Below are positions 24,920-38,499 of a stretch of 64,000 bases of DNA, one piece after another. Both the position numbers and the translations under genes were made by a program. The DNA lies in NCBI GenBank assembly GCA_964035575.1, contig OZ037841.1:868001-932000 (forward strand), written 5' to 3'. This stretch comes from Rhynchopus sp. YZ270_cl-10. Its lineage: Eukaryota. The notes under the pieces are model-generated. The model saw only the letters and a list, made by a program, of their open reading frames with translations. It was not told where the DNA came from and searched no databases. How positions within the stretch are numbered: position 1 is the stretch's first letter; each line of letters starts with the position of its first letter.

Positions 24920-27900
24920 ATGTCCGACACAGAGAGCTCCGGAGGCGAGTCTATTACAGGTGACCACACCACCACCCCCACCGCGCCGTCACCTCTACCA
25001 CAACGTGGCATTTCTTCGTCTTCGTCTTCTTCCGCACCCCTTTCCAACCAAGAGAAAGCCGCTAGGGGTACACGACCTGCTGAAACACCGTCTGTTTCAC
25101 CACCAGGATATTCTTCTTTGAAGGCAGAAGGGAACCAACTGTTGCATCGGCTGCATTATTTGCAGGCTGTGCAGGAGATTGCACGATTTGATGTGGAACG
25201 GTGTATCAGCCAATATGGGTTGAGCGCAGTTCTAAACCGCCATCCGTTAGAACCAAAGCCAAGCGGGCGAGGAGGTCATCATTCCCGGCACCGAGCCACC
25301 ACTACTTCAATTCATGCAAGCACTGCAGCTTCTCGGGGACATTCAATTCGATCGCGGGAAAAAGCACTGCCGACTCCACGACGTAGGGTGGCAGGGGGAG
25401 GGGGAGGGGGAGGAGGGGGTGAATCAAACGAAATGGTCGCACAGCTTTTAAAAGAGCAGAGACAAGGCAACGCATTGATGAGGAAAATGCTGAACAACAG
25501 CAACGCAAGCAAAGAAGAACCCCGTCAAGAGACACGGCGTCACAGAACGCCCTCACCTCCACCCAGAGAAGAGACGCTTCCGACGCAAAGGGAAGCACCA
25601 AACCACGCTGTTGCGCCAGAAGCAAACACTATGATAGCCACCCACTCTTCCGCAAGGAACCTCGTACAGCAGGTGCTTGAGATGCATCATCAAACGGTGT
25701 CCGAAACAGCGCAACCAACAGGGCCCGACCCAGATGTGCAGCTGAAAGAACAGCTTCGAGCAAAAATCGCGCTTCTCCAAAAAGTTGCCGAATTGGAAAA
25801 GCAAAAAGAGGCATCTTCTCGCACCGTCTCCCCTTCTGCCTTGAGTGCGAGGAGGGGGTCGGCCTCTCCAAGGGGGAAGGGAGCACAGGGGAAGGGGAGG
25901 ACGCTACTCCGCCAGGCAGGGCAACAGCAAAACCAACGGAGGCGAGGGAGTCTCCGGAACAGCGCGAATACGAGCCCCGGGAGGGGGGTGTCAATGTCAG
26001 GCGCGTCGTCGCCCTCGGGGTTGCCTCCTGCCGTTGAGGCAGCGTTGGTGGCCTCCCTGCAAGGAAGCGGTACTGTCCCTACCCACCGCAGAGTCACCCA
26101 CGAAACCGCAACCTCCCCTCTGCTCGCCCCAGAGAGGAGCATCCGCCACAGCGTTGCCTCGACCTCGCCACTCTACCGCGGGGTCGACACCGGGGTGCAG
26201 CCCGACTCCTTTGAGTCCAGAACCCATTCCAACCCAACCTCACCCTATCAAAGCAATTTGCCCCCTCGGGGATCACCCTCTGCCATCCCCCCTGGGAGAA
26301 CTATTTCGACATCACCCTTCCAGCAATCCCTACAACCAAGGGGGTCGCCAGGGGGACTTTCTTTGGGGAGTGGAGGAGGAGGGGGAGGAGGAGGTACACA
26401 CAACAGAGCCCAATCCCATTCGGTCTCCACCTCACCCTACCACGCAAGCCCGTTGGAGGAGACGATTGGGGTGGGGGTGGGAGTAGGGGTCGGGGTGGGG
26501 GTGGGGACGTCGCCATTGATATCAGGTGGAGGGGGGCTAGGTGTACGCAGGCCTGTGCGAGAATCAGCCTTCCCAGGGGAGGAGGAGGAGGAAGGGGAAG
26601 AGGAGGAGGAGGAGGCTTCAGAGGTATGCGGGGGGGAGACTAGGCTGTGTTATACGTGCTCGGGCCCCGACCGAATACCGTATTGTTCGTATTACCGCGT
26701 TTGGAAATATTATGGACCGAATAAATAAAGAAACAAAATACAGTCCACGCGGTAATTATGTCGCCTTTATTTAGGTCGGTTTTAATGATGTCGTTTTTTG
26801 TGTGTCGGAATCGAAAAAAATGACCGATTTTCGATTTTTGGGCTTTATTTATTTTCAGTTTGGCCGGGGGCGGAGCCCCCGGCCAAACGGTACGCTACAT
26901 TTGGAGTGGGAGTAGGTGTGAGTGTGAGTGAGTGGGTGGGAGTGAGTGGGTGGGAGTGGGCGCGGAGTGGGTGTGGAAAAAATACTACCCCCACATTCTT
27001 TTTACTAGGTTTGGTATGCTCGCTGCATGGAAAGGGGGTGGGATGGTTTACTCACAAATTTTACAAAGTCTACAAAGTCTACAAAGTCTAGAGGGTTCAC
27101 AAAAGCGGGGTGGGGTTTTAATCAATGTCTTCAACGCGCCTCTTCTTAACAAAAGACATCAGAGCTCCCCTTGACGGCGGTGCCCTCTTTCTCTTGATCC
27201 CGGCAATCTTATTGCGATGCTGGAACACCAGTTCGTCACGGTTTAAAAAAAGCTTTTTTGGGCGACCCTGACAGACCCTGAGGGAAAATCTTCTTTCAGG
27301 CTCCTCTGCTGCTGGCTGCTGTGGTGGAGGTTGTTGTGTGGGTGCTGTTGTGTCAGTCGCAGACGATGGTGCTGCAGGTTGCGCGGCAGCGGGCGGGTTG
27401 GCTGCAGGAGGTTCGTCGTCGGCTGGCTCCTCGCTGTCGATGGGTACATCGATTTCGGAGTCGAGTTTCGCCATCTCACAATAGGTGTCGTAGGCGATGG
27501 CGGTGCTGGGGGTGGCGGGCTCCTTCCAGATGGCGCGGATTATTCCCGCAGCCACCCAGCTCTTCTGCACCTGCTCCTTCGACAACCGCCCGAGCGCCTC
27601 GCTGAGGTATCGGTACTTCCGGTCCCTCCGCACCTTCATGCGCGTAGAGAGCATGGCGGCCGTCGCGTCCTCCACAGAATCGGAGGAGAACAACTCCGAG
27701 ACGTGGCGTCCCCACGCCTTGCAGGCTGCCTGCTTCAGCCCAGATATGATAAACATATCGGCGGGCTGAAAGCAGTGCGTCTGCTTGGGGGGGATGTCGA
27801 CGACGGTGATGCCCATCTCAGTCAGACCAGCACCGGTGGTGATGTGCTGTGTGGCGGCGTCCAGAATGAGGACCGCAGGCTCATCCACGGGCAGTCCCTC

Positions 27901-30900
27901 CTCCTGACCTTATTTTCGACACCAGGACCTTGAAACGCTCCAACCACAAAGAAAATGAGGATGCAGTTTGGAAGTGGGTGCTCGCATTATGCATTTGCAT
28001 AATATTTGGGTTTTCTGACTGGCCTTCGGGAGGTACGGCGTGCACGGCATCTGTGAGAGGAGTTGTGTAGTAAATGAACAAACAAAGTACGAAAACATAC
28101 CCGTTTTTCCTTTCCAGATCATCTGGAGGTAGTGTGCGTCGCCAGCCGCCGAGGAGAGCACCGAACAAGTGAAGCCGAGTTTTTCACTCTTGATGGCTAT
28201 ATTTTTTTTTTCGCCTTTTCGCACTCTCTCCCAAGTCCATGACCTCCCTGCATTGTCCATCTTACAAAAAAACTCATCCATGTTAAAAAGGAGAGATTTG
28301 TGTTGGACTCCGGTCGCTGCAAGTTGGTCGTAGAACACCCGTCCATCTGCCGCAATTCGACCCGCGGTGACCGTGCGGTCTGTTGTCCCTCGACGGACAC
28401 GCAAGCCCATCCTGCCCATTTCATCACGTGCCCAGGACGTGCTAAACAGGGCCACCCTGTCCTGGGCTGTCAGTGTCGGTCTGGCACGCGTAACAATTCC
28501 GCGCGCTACTCGGGAGAACAAGTACGCGGTGACAGCCTGACCACTGCTGCGGATGGTGTCAAATGCTTTGGAGAGTGTTTCGCGTTCGGCCGGCAGCAGG
28601 AGGGTTTTTTGCCCTCGCTTTTGAGTAACGAGGTACTGTCTGTTGTCACACCAGTGTTTTTTGTAGCGCTGGACTGTCCGCTCATTTACTTGTTTCTCCT
28701 TGTTTTCTGCCTTGGCGTTCCAAGTCCTCGCAGCTCTGGCAGCCGAAGTCGTTCTCGCCATGTCGGTGAGCGTACGAATGTCCTCATTGGACAGGGATGC
28801 CTTCACGGCGGTTGAAGGGGTGATGTTGGCCTCCGCCGTTGCACTCGCAACCTCCTGCGAAACCAGGTGAGCGTCCATTAGTGTATGTTTAGGTTATGAA
28901 ACTGGGTATTGTTTTGTGGGAGGGATGTATGTGTTTGTGTGTGGTTGTGTGTGGTTGTGACTCGCGCAGCGAGCCACGGTACGATGGAGCGATTAATGGC
29001 GCTCTTGATTTTGGCGGTTTTAATAATGTCGTTTTTTGGGTGTCGGAAGGGGGGTAAACCGACATAATTAAAAACGACATAATAGATACTTGGACTGTAT
29101 TATGGACCGAATTAATGATGGTACGTTTGAGGTTTTTGAGTTTCATTTGGTACTTAATTCGGTCCATAATGTTTTGGGGGGCAATTTTTTTTGTATTTGT
29201 CCCCCGAGGAAAGGGCGAATCTTATTTTTTTGACAAGTACTTTTTTGCCCAGAACGATATGAATCGAATTAATATTTGGTTCGGGTTATTGTTGGACCGA
29301 ATTAATTATGGTACGTTTGAAGTTTTGTCGGGACATTTGGTACTTAATTCGATCCATAATATTTCCAATCGCGGTATACGATTACCGTATTATACGGTGT
29401 TATTCGGTGCTGCTGGGGACCGAATACCGTATAATTTTGTTGGGAGGGGGCGTCGTTGTGTGGGAGGAATGCCTTGGATGTAATAGTGAGTGGTGTGCAG
29501 CATATCGTGTGGGTGTCTGTTTGTCTGGATATGAATGTGCATTAAAAGAGGAAGTTTATAGATGAATCTAAGCATAGGCTTAGTCTCCTGATAGTTAAAA
29601 TAACACAATATGTGCACAGGTGCCTTCGTCTGAAGCTCCGCCCCTGCCGGCCTTCCGTAACGTGAGGCAGTACAACCAGCAAATTGACGTGGTCTTGCAG
29701 GTATGTCCTTCGACGCCACTACCACTGCTCACAGAAGCAGATGTTATTTGTTTCAGAAGAAACGAATTCATACTCAAGGTTATTGAAGATGGACCTAGCG
29801 GGGAGTAAGGTCTAAAATTTATTTTATTTCATTCAGCGCCGATGAACGGTGGGGCGTTTGCACTTTCACCTTCTCAGAAATTTTCCCTTTCTTTTACACC
29901 TTGTGTTGGCAAGGGTATTTTGTGCTTTCACCCAGATGGCTGGTGTACAGTGGGCCAGTCAGAGGTGTCTGTAACAATACTTTATCCTCTTTTTCTACCG
30001 ATCACAGCGATCACCCCCAATGGGTGATCGTGTCGAATGTAACAAAAAAGAGTGTTTACCTTCCCTACTCATACCACCACCACAGCGTGTACGTCGTATG
30101 GACGAAGAAGCTGGAGAGATGTGGCAGAGCACAAGCCACAATGTGCGTGCCCTCTTGAGCCAGCAGGCGACGCACGCACAAGGCACGCTGCCTGCACCTG
30201 CACCGCATGCACAGGCGTTTGTTACAACAGCACAGCCAGCTGTGGCAGGGACAACACTGCCCGCAGCGGTACACACACCGGCACCTGCAGCATACAGGAC
30301 AGCACCACCACGTGCACCACCACAGCCCACAATGGAGACAGGCAGTATCATGATAGGCGCGCCTCAGGTATCCATTTTGGAAGGGGAAAAACAAAAACAA
30401 AAGGCAGAGGGCTTTTGCCTGCATTTGAGTATTCAGCGTTACGGTTTACGAGTGGGTGATTTATAGCGGTTCGAGAACCGTAATATTCCTTCTTTCTTTC
30501 TTTGGGATGACGGTCGCCAAACGCTCTATGCTGTAGGGACTAACTATACACCACAAAAAGGCTATCAAATAAATCATATTCCCAGCCAAAAACCCCAAAA
30601 AACTTTCCAGAGTTGATGACGACTTTCGTCTATCTTAAGCACATTAACTTTTGGGCAACATTGAGTACAAATCCTGCACTACCAGGATATTGTCGACACA
30701 ACAAAAAAAAACTCTCCAACAGAGCACCCTCGCTTGCGACCCGATGCCTGCACCGGCAAATGTTGACATCATTTCTGGAGATGCACCACCATCCGTACCT
30801 GCCCCTGCACCTGCACCTGCACCCGCCCCTTCCACCCAGACACCGTTCTCCCCGCTCCCACATCCGTCAGCCGAGGCCATCCGAGGCTACTGCATGGAGT

Positions 30901-31067
30901 ACCGCAGCTGGCAACGTGCTAACAATGTCACGCCAAAGACGCTTGCCTTCGTAGGGCGTGTGGCAGCGGACATCGTGGACGCTGTGTGTGTCGAGTCCGC
31001 ACAGGAGCTTTCAGGGGTGGTAGACTCTATCAGCGAGGTTCTCATTGCAAAGGAGTTCGTCACATAG
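24920..31067 (+). CDS. Low-complexity coiled-coil hypothetical protein, 4 exons (~803 aa)
   Basis: Exons 24920-26623, 29620-29700, 30086-30367 and 30723-31067 join in phase 0 through GT-AG introns; intron 1 holds the pogo-like element. Confidence 0.75.
26655..29429 (-). mobile_element. pogo-like (Tc1/mariner superfamily) DNA transposon in an intron
   Basis: Imperfect TIRs (cgtgctcgggcccc..ccgaata..ggaaatattatggaccgaat and its inverse), TA(TA) on both flanks, and an internal DDD transposase. Confidence 0.85.
27118..28878 (-). pseudogene. pogo/DDE_1-type transposase, DD33D, with one intron and one frameshift
   Basis: Motifs LFNMDE, LILDAATQH and QPAD, with 33 aa between D2 and D3. 50-nt GT-AG intron at 28051-28100; frameshift near 27908. 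Confidence 0.85.
29835..29870 (+). repeat. Dispersed short repeat family C
   Basis: cgtccgatgaacggtgaggcgtttgcactttcaac-like copies at ~2325, 5833, 6556, 17565, 29835, 38119 and 41437, all + oriented. Confidence 0.75.
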
Positions 31068-31311
31068 TCAGTTTTCTTTAAAACGGTCTCAATTAGAGAG
31101 GCCACGATTGCTGTTCAAAAGAGGTTAGTATTTTCAAAGATGTGCATGTGTTCATCTTTCAACCGTTCTTTCCCCCCCATTAGATCCCAAACCTTAAAAG
31201 GAGGCTACCTTCTTTTCTCCTGCTTCAAACACATCAACCCCCTTTTCTTAGAGGGGGCAAATGGTTGTGTGATAGCACTTTTTTTTTTGAGATTTTGTTG
31301 GACTGATTATA

Positions 31312-34300
31312 CATACTTGGACCGCCCGAAATATATTTCGGGCGAATTCGGGCGAATTTTTCGGGCGCGGGTCCCGAGCGCCCAAAATGTGCCCGAAATA
31401 TATTTCGGGCGTTTTAAAGGGAATTTATACGTATTTCGGGCGAATTCGGGCGCATTTCGGGCAGATTCGGGCGAATTCGGGCGCACAACCAGTGCATTGG
31501 AGTATCTTATGTGTGCTGGGAAGCATGCCACCAGTGTAAAAATCTTACGCTTTATTTGAAAGATTGCCACAAAATTTGTTCACAGAAAAAAAATTCGAGC
31601 AAAAATTCCTAGTAGAACCCAACTAAAATGAATGCAGCTCTGTTAGCAGCCACGTATAAAACCGATTTCCCTAACAATTTACACGAAAATACCACTAAAA
31701 ACGTAAAAAAAAACGTAAAAATCACGGGTTGCCTACGATCGTAGTACGATCGTTTACGATCGTACCAAAAAACGATCGTAACGATCGAAAAATATCGTAC
31801 TGCGATCAACTACGATCGTACTACGATCGTAAACGATCGTAAACGATCGTAGTACGATCGTAGTACGATCATTACGATCGTAGTACGATCGTAGTACGTT
31901 TGCCAAACGAAATAACGAATATCGCTTGAAATACCGTTCGATATTCCTTGCATGGTGTGCATGAAGCACACACAAGGTATATCAAACGATAATCAATCAG
32001 ATAAAACGTTACATCATTGGAAAATTGTTGGCACCGCCCCCCTGTCTTCGTATTTATTACGTCGACAGGCCAAACAACGTTGGGCTCAGAAGAAGCAGTG
32101 CTAGACAGTCACTGGGGATCAACATGAGAACCAACTCCCAACAACACAGGCTACCGAAGTAGCAGGTGGGGTGTTGCGGGTGTTTGGGTGAAAGAAAATC
32201 GATTTTGGTAAGTTCCAGCAGAAAATTCTTAAGTTTGCACTAGTCGAGAAGGGTTACCACTGCTCACCGAGCGGTGCACCCATTTAAGGGTGGAGAAGCG
32301 TGACACGCACATACAAGTATGCACGTTACTTCAACAAAGGCTGAATTCTGGTAATTCTAAGGGATGTGAATTACAGCCACCACATGGTTGTCATTAGGTT
32401 ACTACCTTCGTCGTAAACGTATACAAAGGTTTCGCCCCCTTCTCTTTCATGCAAACTTAAGAAAATCCTGAAGTAACTACAACCTGGCGTGCGGGTACAG
32501 ATGCATTGCTTTGTTCTTTCCTCAAAGTCATGTGTGATCTCTCGGGTCTGTACTAAAGTCAGTGTTTAGATAAGCATCCACTTGACTCGTTCTAACAACC
32601 GTTGAAATCTAGAACAAAACAATACACTGCCCCTTCTCACACCAAGCCGCCATGCTTCAAGAGCATGCCCTGGGCAAAAATTACTGTGACAAAATTAGTT
32701 TTCTGGGGGAACGCAATATTTTATTGTGCCCAGTCCTCCGCAAGCAGAGGACAGACTTTCCGGATCCCGAAGTCGAATTTCTTGCACTAGCTATGCTCCC
32801 TGGGTTAATGGCTATAGCAGTGACTGACAGAGTGTTCCCACTCCCCTTTCCACCCCATATGTTCGCTCGTTCTGCACAGTTGGTTCTCGATGTTGCACTC
32901 GCGATACCTGTTTAAAAGTGAAGTTGTGAGTGGTGGGGAATTTAAAGAAGGTGATTTCTTTAAAAAATAAGTTGGCCTGAGGGTGTAAAATATTGTTATG
33001 GAGACTTTTTGGAGGAAATACGAGTCGACGGCCTTATTTTGTTGAATATTCACCAGAAAGTTAAACATATTTACATACCTTGTCTTGCGCCTTCGCTGCT
33101 GTCAAGGTGCCTTCTCTGGGTACCCAGTACCCAGTACCCATAATACCCAAAATAATTTAGGATAATACCCACTGGGTATTATCCTTTTTTTTATTTGTTT
33201 CAATACTCCAAGGCAGGGATTTTTCTAATTCTGGATTGGGATTGGGATTTCGGAAAAATAAAAAAATTCCCTGAAAAAAATTCCCTGTTTTTCCCTACAG
33301 CAATTTCAGGTATATTCTACTCCACCCCACCCCCAGAGAGTTTCGCCTGTGGGATGCGATCGATCAACGCGATCAAATAAAGCGAAAAAGGGGAAAAGGA
33401 AAAAAAAAAAAGTCCCGGATTTTTGAGGAAAAAATTGGCTCTGCAGGCGGTTGCTGTAGTTGTGGGTGCGGATGTTCACGTCAGTTGCAGGCAAGCATCC
33501 AGCATCAGAGACATTTGAGGTTGTGCACAAGAAGAAGGAGAAGACGTGTCAATCGCATTCAATTATGAGGGTTGGAAGACGGAGGAGATCTCAAATGTTG
33601 CGTACCGTGGCTTCGCCAGGAACCTTTGGGTGCCATGACTGCCGTTTCTTTCATAAATGTACCGAGGTTACTGATAAGGCTTGGAATTTTTTGGATTGGG
33701 ATTTCGGAATTTGGCCAAAAGGGACGGATTTAGAGATATCCTTGCTCCAAGGAATTTGCTAAGGAAAAGTCGATATTGTGCAGTAGTGCATATGGTTTAC
33801 CCCCAGATCGTCAAAACACCCGATTTTTGCGTTTTTTTGCACTTTTTGGTGCCCAAAAACCCAACTCAGGGGTCGAAATTTTCCCGAAAAAAAAAATTTT
33901 TTTTTTGAGATTTTTCGATTTTTTGACAAGGCGCTGGCCCATACAAAATGCACTGGTGGTACAGAAAATGACTGGGGAATTAACTCTAGATGCTCAAAAC
34001 AGCCCAATTCTTGCTTTTTTTGACTTTTTGGTCCCAGAAGGGTACCTAGGGTGTAGTGAGCAGGCCTCAAAACACTTGTGAAAAAAAAATTGGGATTTTT
34101 TTTTTTTGAGATTTTTTCAAAAATCGACTTGTCTTTGGTAAAAATCACGAAATTTTGGGTTCGCGGAACCGCGTTTTAGACCCCCCTAGATGCTCAAAAG
34201 TGCCAAATTTTGCTTTTAATGGCCTCAAATCGTCGAAATTAGCCCTATATAGGGGCAAAAAAAAAAAAATTCGAGGGTCTAGGTATGGAGAGCGAGCACC

Positions 34301-35005
34301 TTAGAAGGAGGATCGTACGATCGTACTACGATCGTTACGATCGTAGTACGATCGTTTACGATCGTAGTACGATCGTACGATCATAGTACGATCGTACGAT
34401 CATAATACGATCGTAAGTACGATCGTACTACGATCGTACTTTGATCGTAGTACGATCGTAGTGCGATCAAAAAAGAGCTACGATCGTAAGAGATCGTACT
34501 ACGATCGTAGGCAACCCGTGAAAAATGCCATTTTTTCACGTTTTTGGGCATCTCCTGAGCAACTCCAGGCCCGAAACACCCCCAGAATGGGTCAGAACCA
34601 CCCTGTGACCCGAAAATTCACAAAAAATCACCCTGAAATACGAAAAAATAGTGAAAACCCGGTTCATAGTGTGTTTTGGGTGGGAATAAGCAAAGGATAG
34701 TCAGAAAACCCGTGATTTGGTGGTGATTCTCACGGGCCTCCAAAGTGCATTCAGGTGTCCAAAAGTTTTCAATTCTTGCTTATTTTGACAGATTTGACAT
34801 CAAATCTTTCCAAATATAAAATTTTTTTCACGAAAAATGAGTGGAACCCTACCTAGTCGATTTTCACTTAAGGAAAAAGCGCCCGAAATCGCCCGAAATC
34901 TGCATTTCGGGCGAATTCGGGCGCACAAAAACGCCCGAAATCCGCCCCTAATTCGCCCGAAATCGCCCGAAGTGCCCGAAATATATTTCGGGCGGTCCAA
35001 GTATG
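31312..35005. mobile_element. Non-autonomous CA..TG DNA transposon with 6-bp TSD
   Basis: 32-bp perfect TIR catacttggaccgcccgaaatatatttcgggc; TSD attata; subterminal arrays of gcccgaa/ttcgggc. Confidence 0.9.
31723..34520. mobile_element. Nested non-autonomous CA..TG DNA transposon with 6-bp TSD
   Basis: 29-bp perfect TIR cacgggttgcctacgatcgtagtacgatc; TSD aaaaat; arrays of the palindrome tacgatcgta at both ends. Confidence 0.9.
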
Positions 35006-35540
35006 ATTATAGAGTGTGTTCAGATCTCTTTCAGAAAGGGGACTAGGTTAAACACTGTGAAAGGCTTCGTCTGAGCAAATAGAAGAAAAAAAAAAGTCTA
35101 TTTTTCTAGAGTACCTGATTTACATCGATATCATTTCATGTACTAATCGCCATACACCCCTACACACCAACACCACCCACCTCCAGGGCAAAAACCAAAC
35201 GATATACCACACAACCTTTCGTTCCTTATATCTTACCTTTAAATGATGTCATAGTGCACACAGCACTACGCCCACTGTCACCTTTTTGTTTTTGTTTTTT
35301 GTAACAACTCCCCGATTTCTCTCTCTCTCCCTCTCCCTCCCCTCCTTTTTCTTCAATATATTTTGCTTCTTTATATCTTCCCATTTTTTTTTTTCTTTTT
35401 TTCTCAAAAAAAATCTGATTGATTACTGGTCTAGGCATAGTTCACCTGATTTCCAGCAACTTCCGCTAAACATTGCCAAACAAACACCCAACAAAACGCC
35501 AAACATCGCCAAACTCGGGTCAAAAAAATAATCAGGTGCA

Positions 35541-37694
35541 ATGGCTATTCCCGAACCTGACAAAGTTTGGGGTGGATTTCTCAAGCAGTGCGACCCACCA
35601 GAGGTAGTCATTCCTCCTAAGGAATTGGCCGATCTTGCAAAACCGGTTTTTCTTGCTCAGGTTGTTCACAAAGTGAATTCTAGGGATAATGTCGGGAAGA
35701 AGGTTCTGTTACTAACTGCCGACGCAATGTACCTTACCGATTTGAACAAAAATGTGTCCCGATCATATAAACTACAAGACATTCTAGAGGTAATGATACA
35801 ACAGGTGTTTGGGCAAGAGGGGACCTCCAAGCTGTCGAATTCAAAGAAGGCCGAGCTCTCCCAGCTTAGTTTTAATGTCTCTGGGGAAAAGACCGCGCTT
35901 CTCATAAATTTTGTAGAGAATCACAGAAACAAACCCCCGCCAGATGGGTTTAGCAGTGCAGAGTACTGCGTTCGGTTGATTAACGACCTCCGCAAATCGT
36001 TGGTGGGGGGAAAGGATCTTCTTGTGAACGACCACTCTGCAACCTCACCGTCTCTCTCCTTCTCTGCGGTGAAAGACATCCACCGGGTCGACAGCTACGA
36101 AAGCCCGCGGAAACGACTCGATAACTGGCGAGAATCTGCGTCTCTCCCGGGCCCGGTTTTGCCCTCCGCACAACCCCCTCCTCCGCCTTCGGTGCCATCG
36201 ATGGGGGTGAGACAGCACAGCACGTTCAAACCTATAAAGCATGACAGCCGTTCTACCATCGGCCAAACCCTTAAAACAGAAGGCACAGAAAGCGATGCTG
36301 ATATCATTGGAATTACCCAAGGTGGAACCGAATTCGGTGTGGTTCTCCCAGAAGGACAACAAAAACAGCAGGAATCTCAGCAACGGAGGGATGGGGTACG
36401 ACTTCAGGATACAAGACAAAGAATTCATGCGGAGCTGCAAAACGCGATTCTTTCGCGAGATCAAGAACAGAAACAGCAGGAGAAGGAGAAGGAGAAGGAC
36501 GCACAGCTCCTTCGTTTAAAAGAAGAAAATGCGCAGCTTTCACTTCGATTGAAACAACGGGAAGCGGAGCTTCGAAAAAAATCATCCGAAGTTGAATTAA
36601 AAGAAAGCGAGGTCACTTCCATCCGCGAATCCCTCCCCACCGGAGGGGAGCGAGACACCCGACGCTCCACCGGGGAAAGCATGAGAAGTATCCCTACCTA
36701 TCCAGATTCACAGCCTAAAAGCGTTTTGAAACAAAAACATCATCGTTCCTCCCATCCACCTACCACCGGAAGTGTCTATGAATCCCACCGTGCAGAGCTC
36801 CGTGCCCACAACACCACGCCGACCCCTCTTCACACCGCAGTTGCATCACCTTCTCGCACTCCTATGGCAGTACCACCTCCTCCTCCTCCTCCTCCACAGC
36901 AACATCAACATCAACATCAACCCGACCAATCAGTTATCCGACATTATTTACCCCCAGAAAAAACCCTTCATCTGCCAGTCTGGAATGACCAAGGGGAGGA
37001 GGTAATAGGATCGCCTGTTAGACGAGATGGTAATGCATTTATGGCATCTCCTGAGGGGAGGAGGGAGGTTGTTGCGGGTGGGGTGAAGGGCGGGTATTCA
37101 GGAGGACCGCAGATAGGGCGGGATGAGATGCACCGTCCCGGAAAAATGCGGGGTGGAATGCAGGTTTCAGCAAGGCCTGCTCCAACCCCGACACCCCATT
37201 CCATACAACGCTTTCACCCTGCAGAGCAAGACAGTATAGAGGTGTACGAACGTCTTCCGGTTACCCCGGTTGTGTCTTCCAAACCGTTTGGAAATCGAGG
37301 GGGGGAGAGACGGAATTTTGTTCATTCTCCGGATTTGGGAGGAGGGGATCTGGCGGTGATGTTGGGGGAAGGGGGTGGGGTGCAGTCACCACTTCATGTG
37401 GTGGGGGGGAGGGGTGGGCATTCCCCTAGTGGTGTCCCGCCGAATCCCGCTGATTTAAGGCCTCCGGTGGTTCAGCAACGCTACGCAAGCCTGCCCGCTG
37501 AGAGGCCTGGGGTGACGTACACCCACTCCCACGAGGAGACGTTCCCGTCCCCGCAGCTAGATGAACAGAGAAGGTGGCAGGTAGGTGGTGGTAGTGCCTC
37601 TCCACAACACCAGATAGGCGATGAATGGCAGAGACAGGTCTGGCAGGGCGGTGGAGAACCCTTTGTGATGACGTATGAACAGATGCAAATTTAA
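35541..37694 (+). CDS. Hypothetical protein with N-terminal PH-like (myosin TH1-like) domain, coiled-coil and disordered tail
   Basis: 717-aa ORF; the pattern VHKVNSRDNVGKKVLLLTADAMYL..RSYKLQDILEV resembles TH1/PH folds; central E/K/Q coiled-coil. Confidence 0.8.
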   Translation: MAIPEPDKVWGGFLKQCDPPEVVIPPKELADLAKPVFLAQVVHKVNSRDNVGKKVLLLTADAMYLTDLNKNVSRSYKLQDILEVMIQQVFGQEGTSKLSNSKKAELSQLSFNVSGEKTALLINFVENHRNKPPPDGFSSAEYCVRLINDLRKSLVGGKDLLVNDHSATSPSLSFSAVKDIHRVDSYESPRKRLDNWRESASLPGPVLPSAQPPPPPSVPSMGVRQHSTFKPIKHDSRSTIGQTLKTEGTESDADIIGITQGGTEFGVVLPEGQQKQQESQQRRDGVRLQDTRQRIHAELQNAILSRDQEQKQQEKEKEKDAQLLRLKEENAQLSLRLKQREAELRKKSSEVELKESEVTSIRESLPTGGERDTRRSTGESMRSIPTYPDSQPKSVLKQKHHRSSHPPTTGSVYESHRAELRAHNTTPTPLHTAVASPSRTPMAVPPPPPPPPQQHQHQHQPDQSVIRHYLPPEKTLHLPVWNDQGEEVIGSPVRRDGNAFMASPEGRREVVAGGVKGGYSGGPQIGRDEMHRPGKMRGGMQVSARPAPTPTPHSIQRFHPAEQDSIEVYERLPVTPVVSSKPFGNRGGERRNFVHSPDLGGGDLAVMLGEGGGVQSPLHVVGGRGGHSPSGVPPNPADLRPPVVQQRYASLPAERPGVTYTHSHEETFPSPQLDEQRRWQVGGGSASPQHQIGDEWQRQVWQGGGEPFVMTYEQMQI

Positions 37695-38499
37695 GCTGTT
37701 TGGAGAGATGATGTGTGTCTGCATAGAGGGGTCAAGTCAACAAAAGAAGAATAATTCATCTCAACATAGATCGCGAAAAGGGTGAGAGGGTGGTGGTGGA
37801 GGAGATATATTCTTGTGGTTTTGTGCCGCTTCTGTCCAACCGGATTGGTGCCTCATGTCCCAGTTTTGCGTTATAGAAACATCATCGGGTTTTCCCCCAA
37901 TAAATGTGAATCCATTATTGGTTCATGATGCTCTTTTCAAACTTTTATCTTCATTGTTCTGTAGTAATTCCTCCAGGGCTTTCTATAAAGTGACATTTGT
38001 GTTACCTCCCCCCGCCCGATGGAGAGAGATCCTGTGCAAAGAGAAAAAAGGCAAATAGACGTTATTTAGCCTTGTATTTAGTTTTTCTTCAAGACATATG
38101 CATGTAAGGCATATTCTTCTTGATGAACGGCGAGGTGTTGGCACTTTCAACTCTCTTTTCTTTCTTTTTTCCCCCTGGTGATTAAGCACAAAGAGGCTTA
38201 GGTTCATCTCATAAACTTTTCTTCCGTTCTTCTGATGACTACTGCGCATAAATAAAATGCCGGCGTTTCTCAGATTCCCACCCTTTGTCATATTTATTCA
38301 TTTTTAGGATGTATTTTTTTTCCACTAATTTTCACCGTTTTTTTAGAAGTGCGAAAGTCTCGCAATGCTATATACCAGGCATCCCACATGGATCCAACTG
38401 TACTTTCAACAAGAAAAACCCCTCCTCTTTTCCTCTTTTTCCCTCTCTCCATTCGCCACACTCCACCACACAAAAAACCATCACATCGCGTCACATCCC

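Noticed and set aside
31733..31900. Possible CRISPR-like arrays (tacgatcgta; also 48490-48700 and 59255-59445)
   Set aside because: No unique spacers or cas genes; these are mirrored transposon subterminal repeats.
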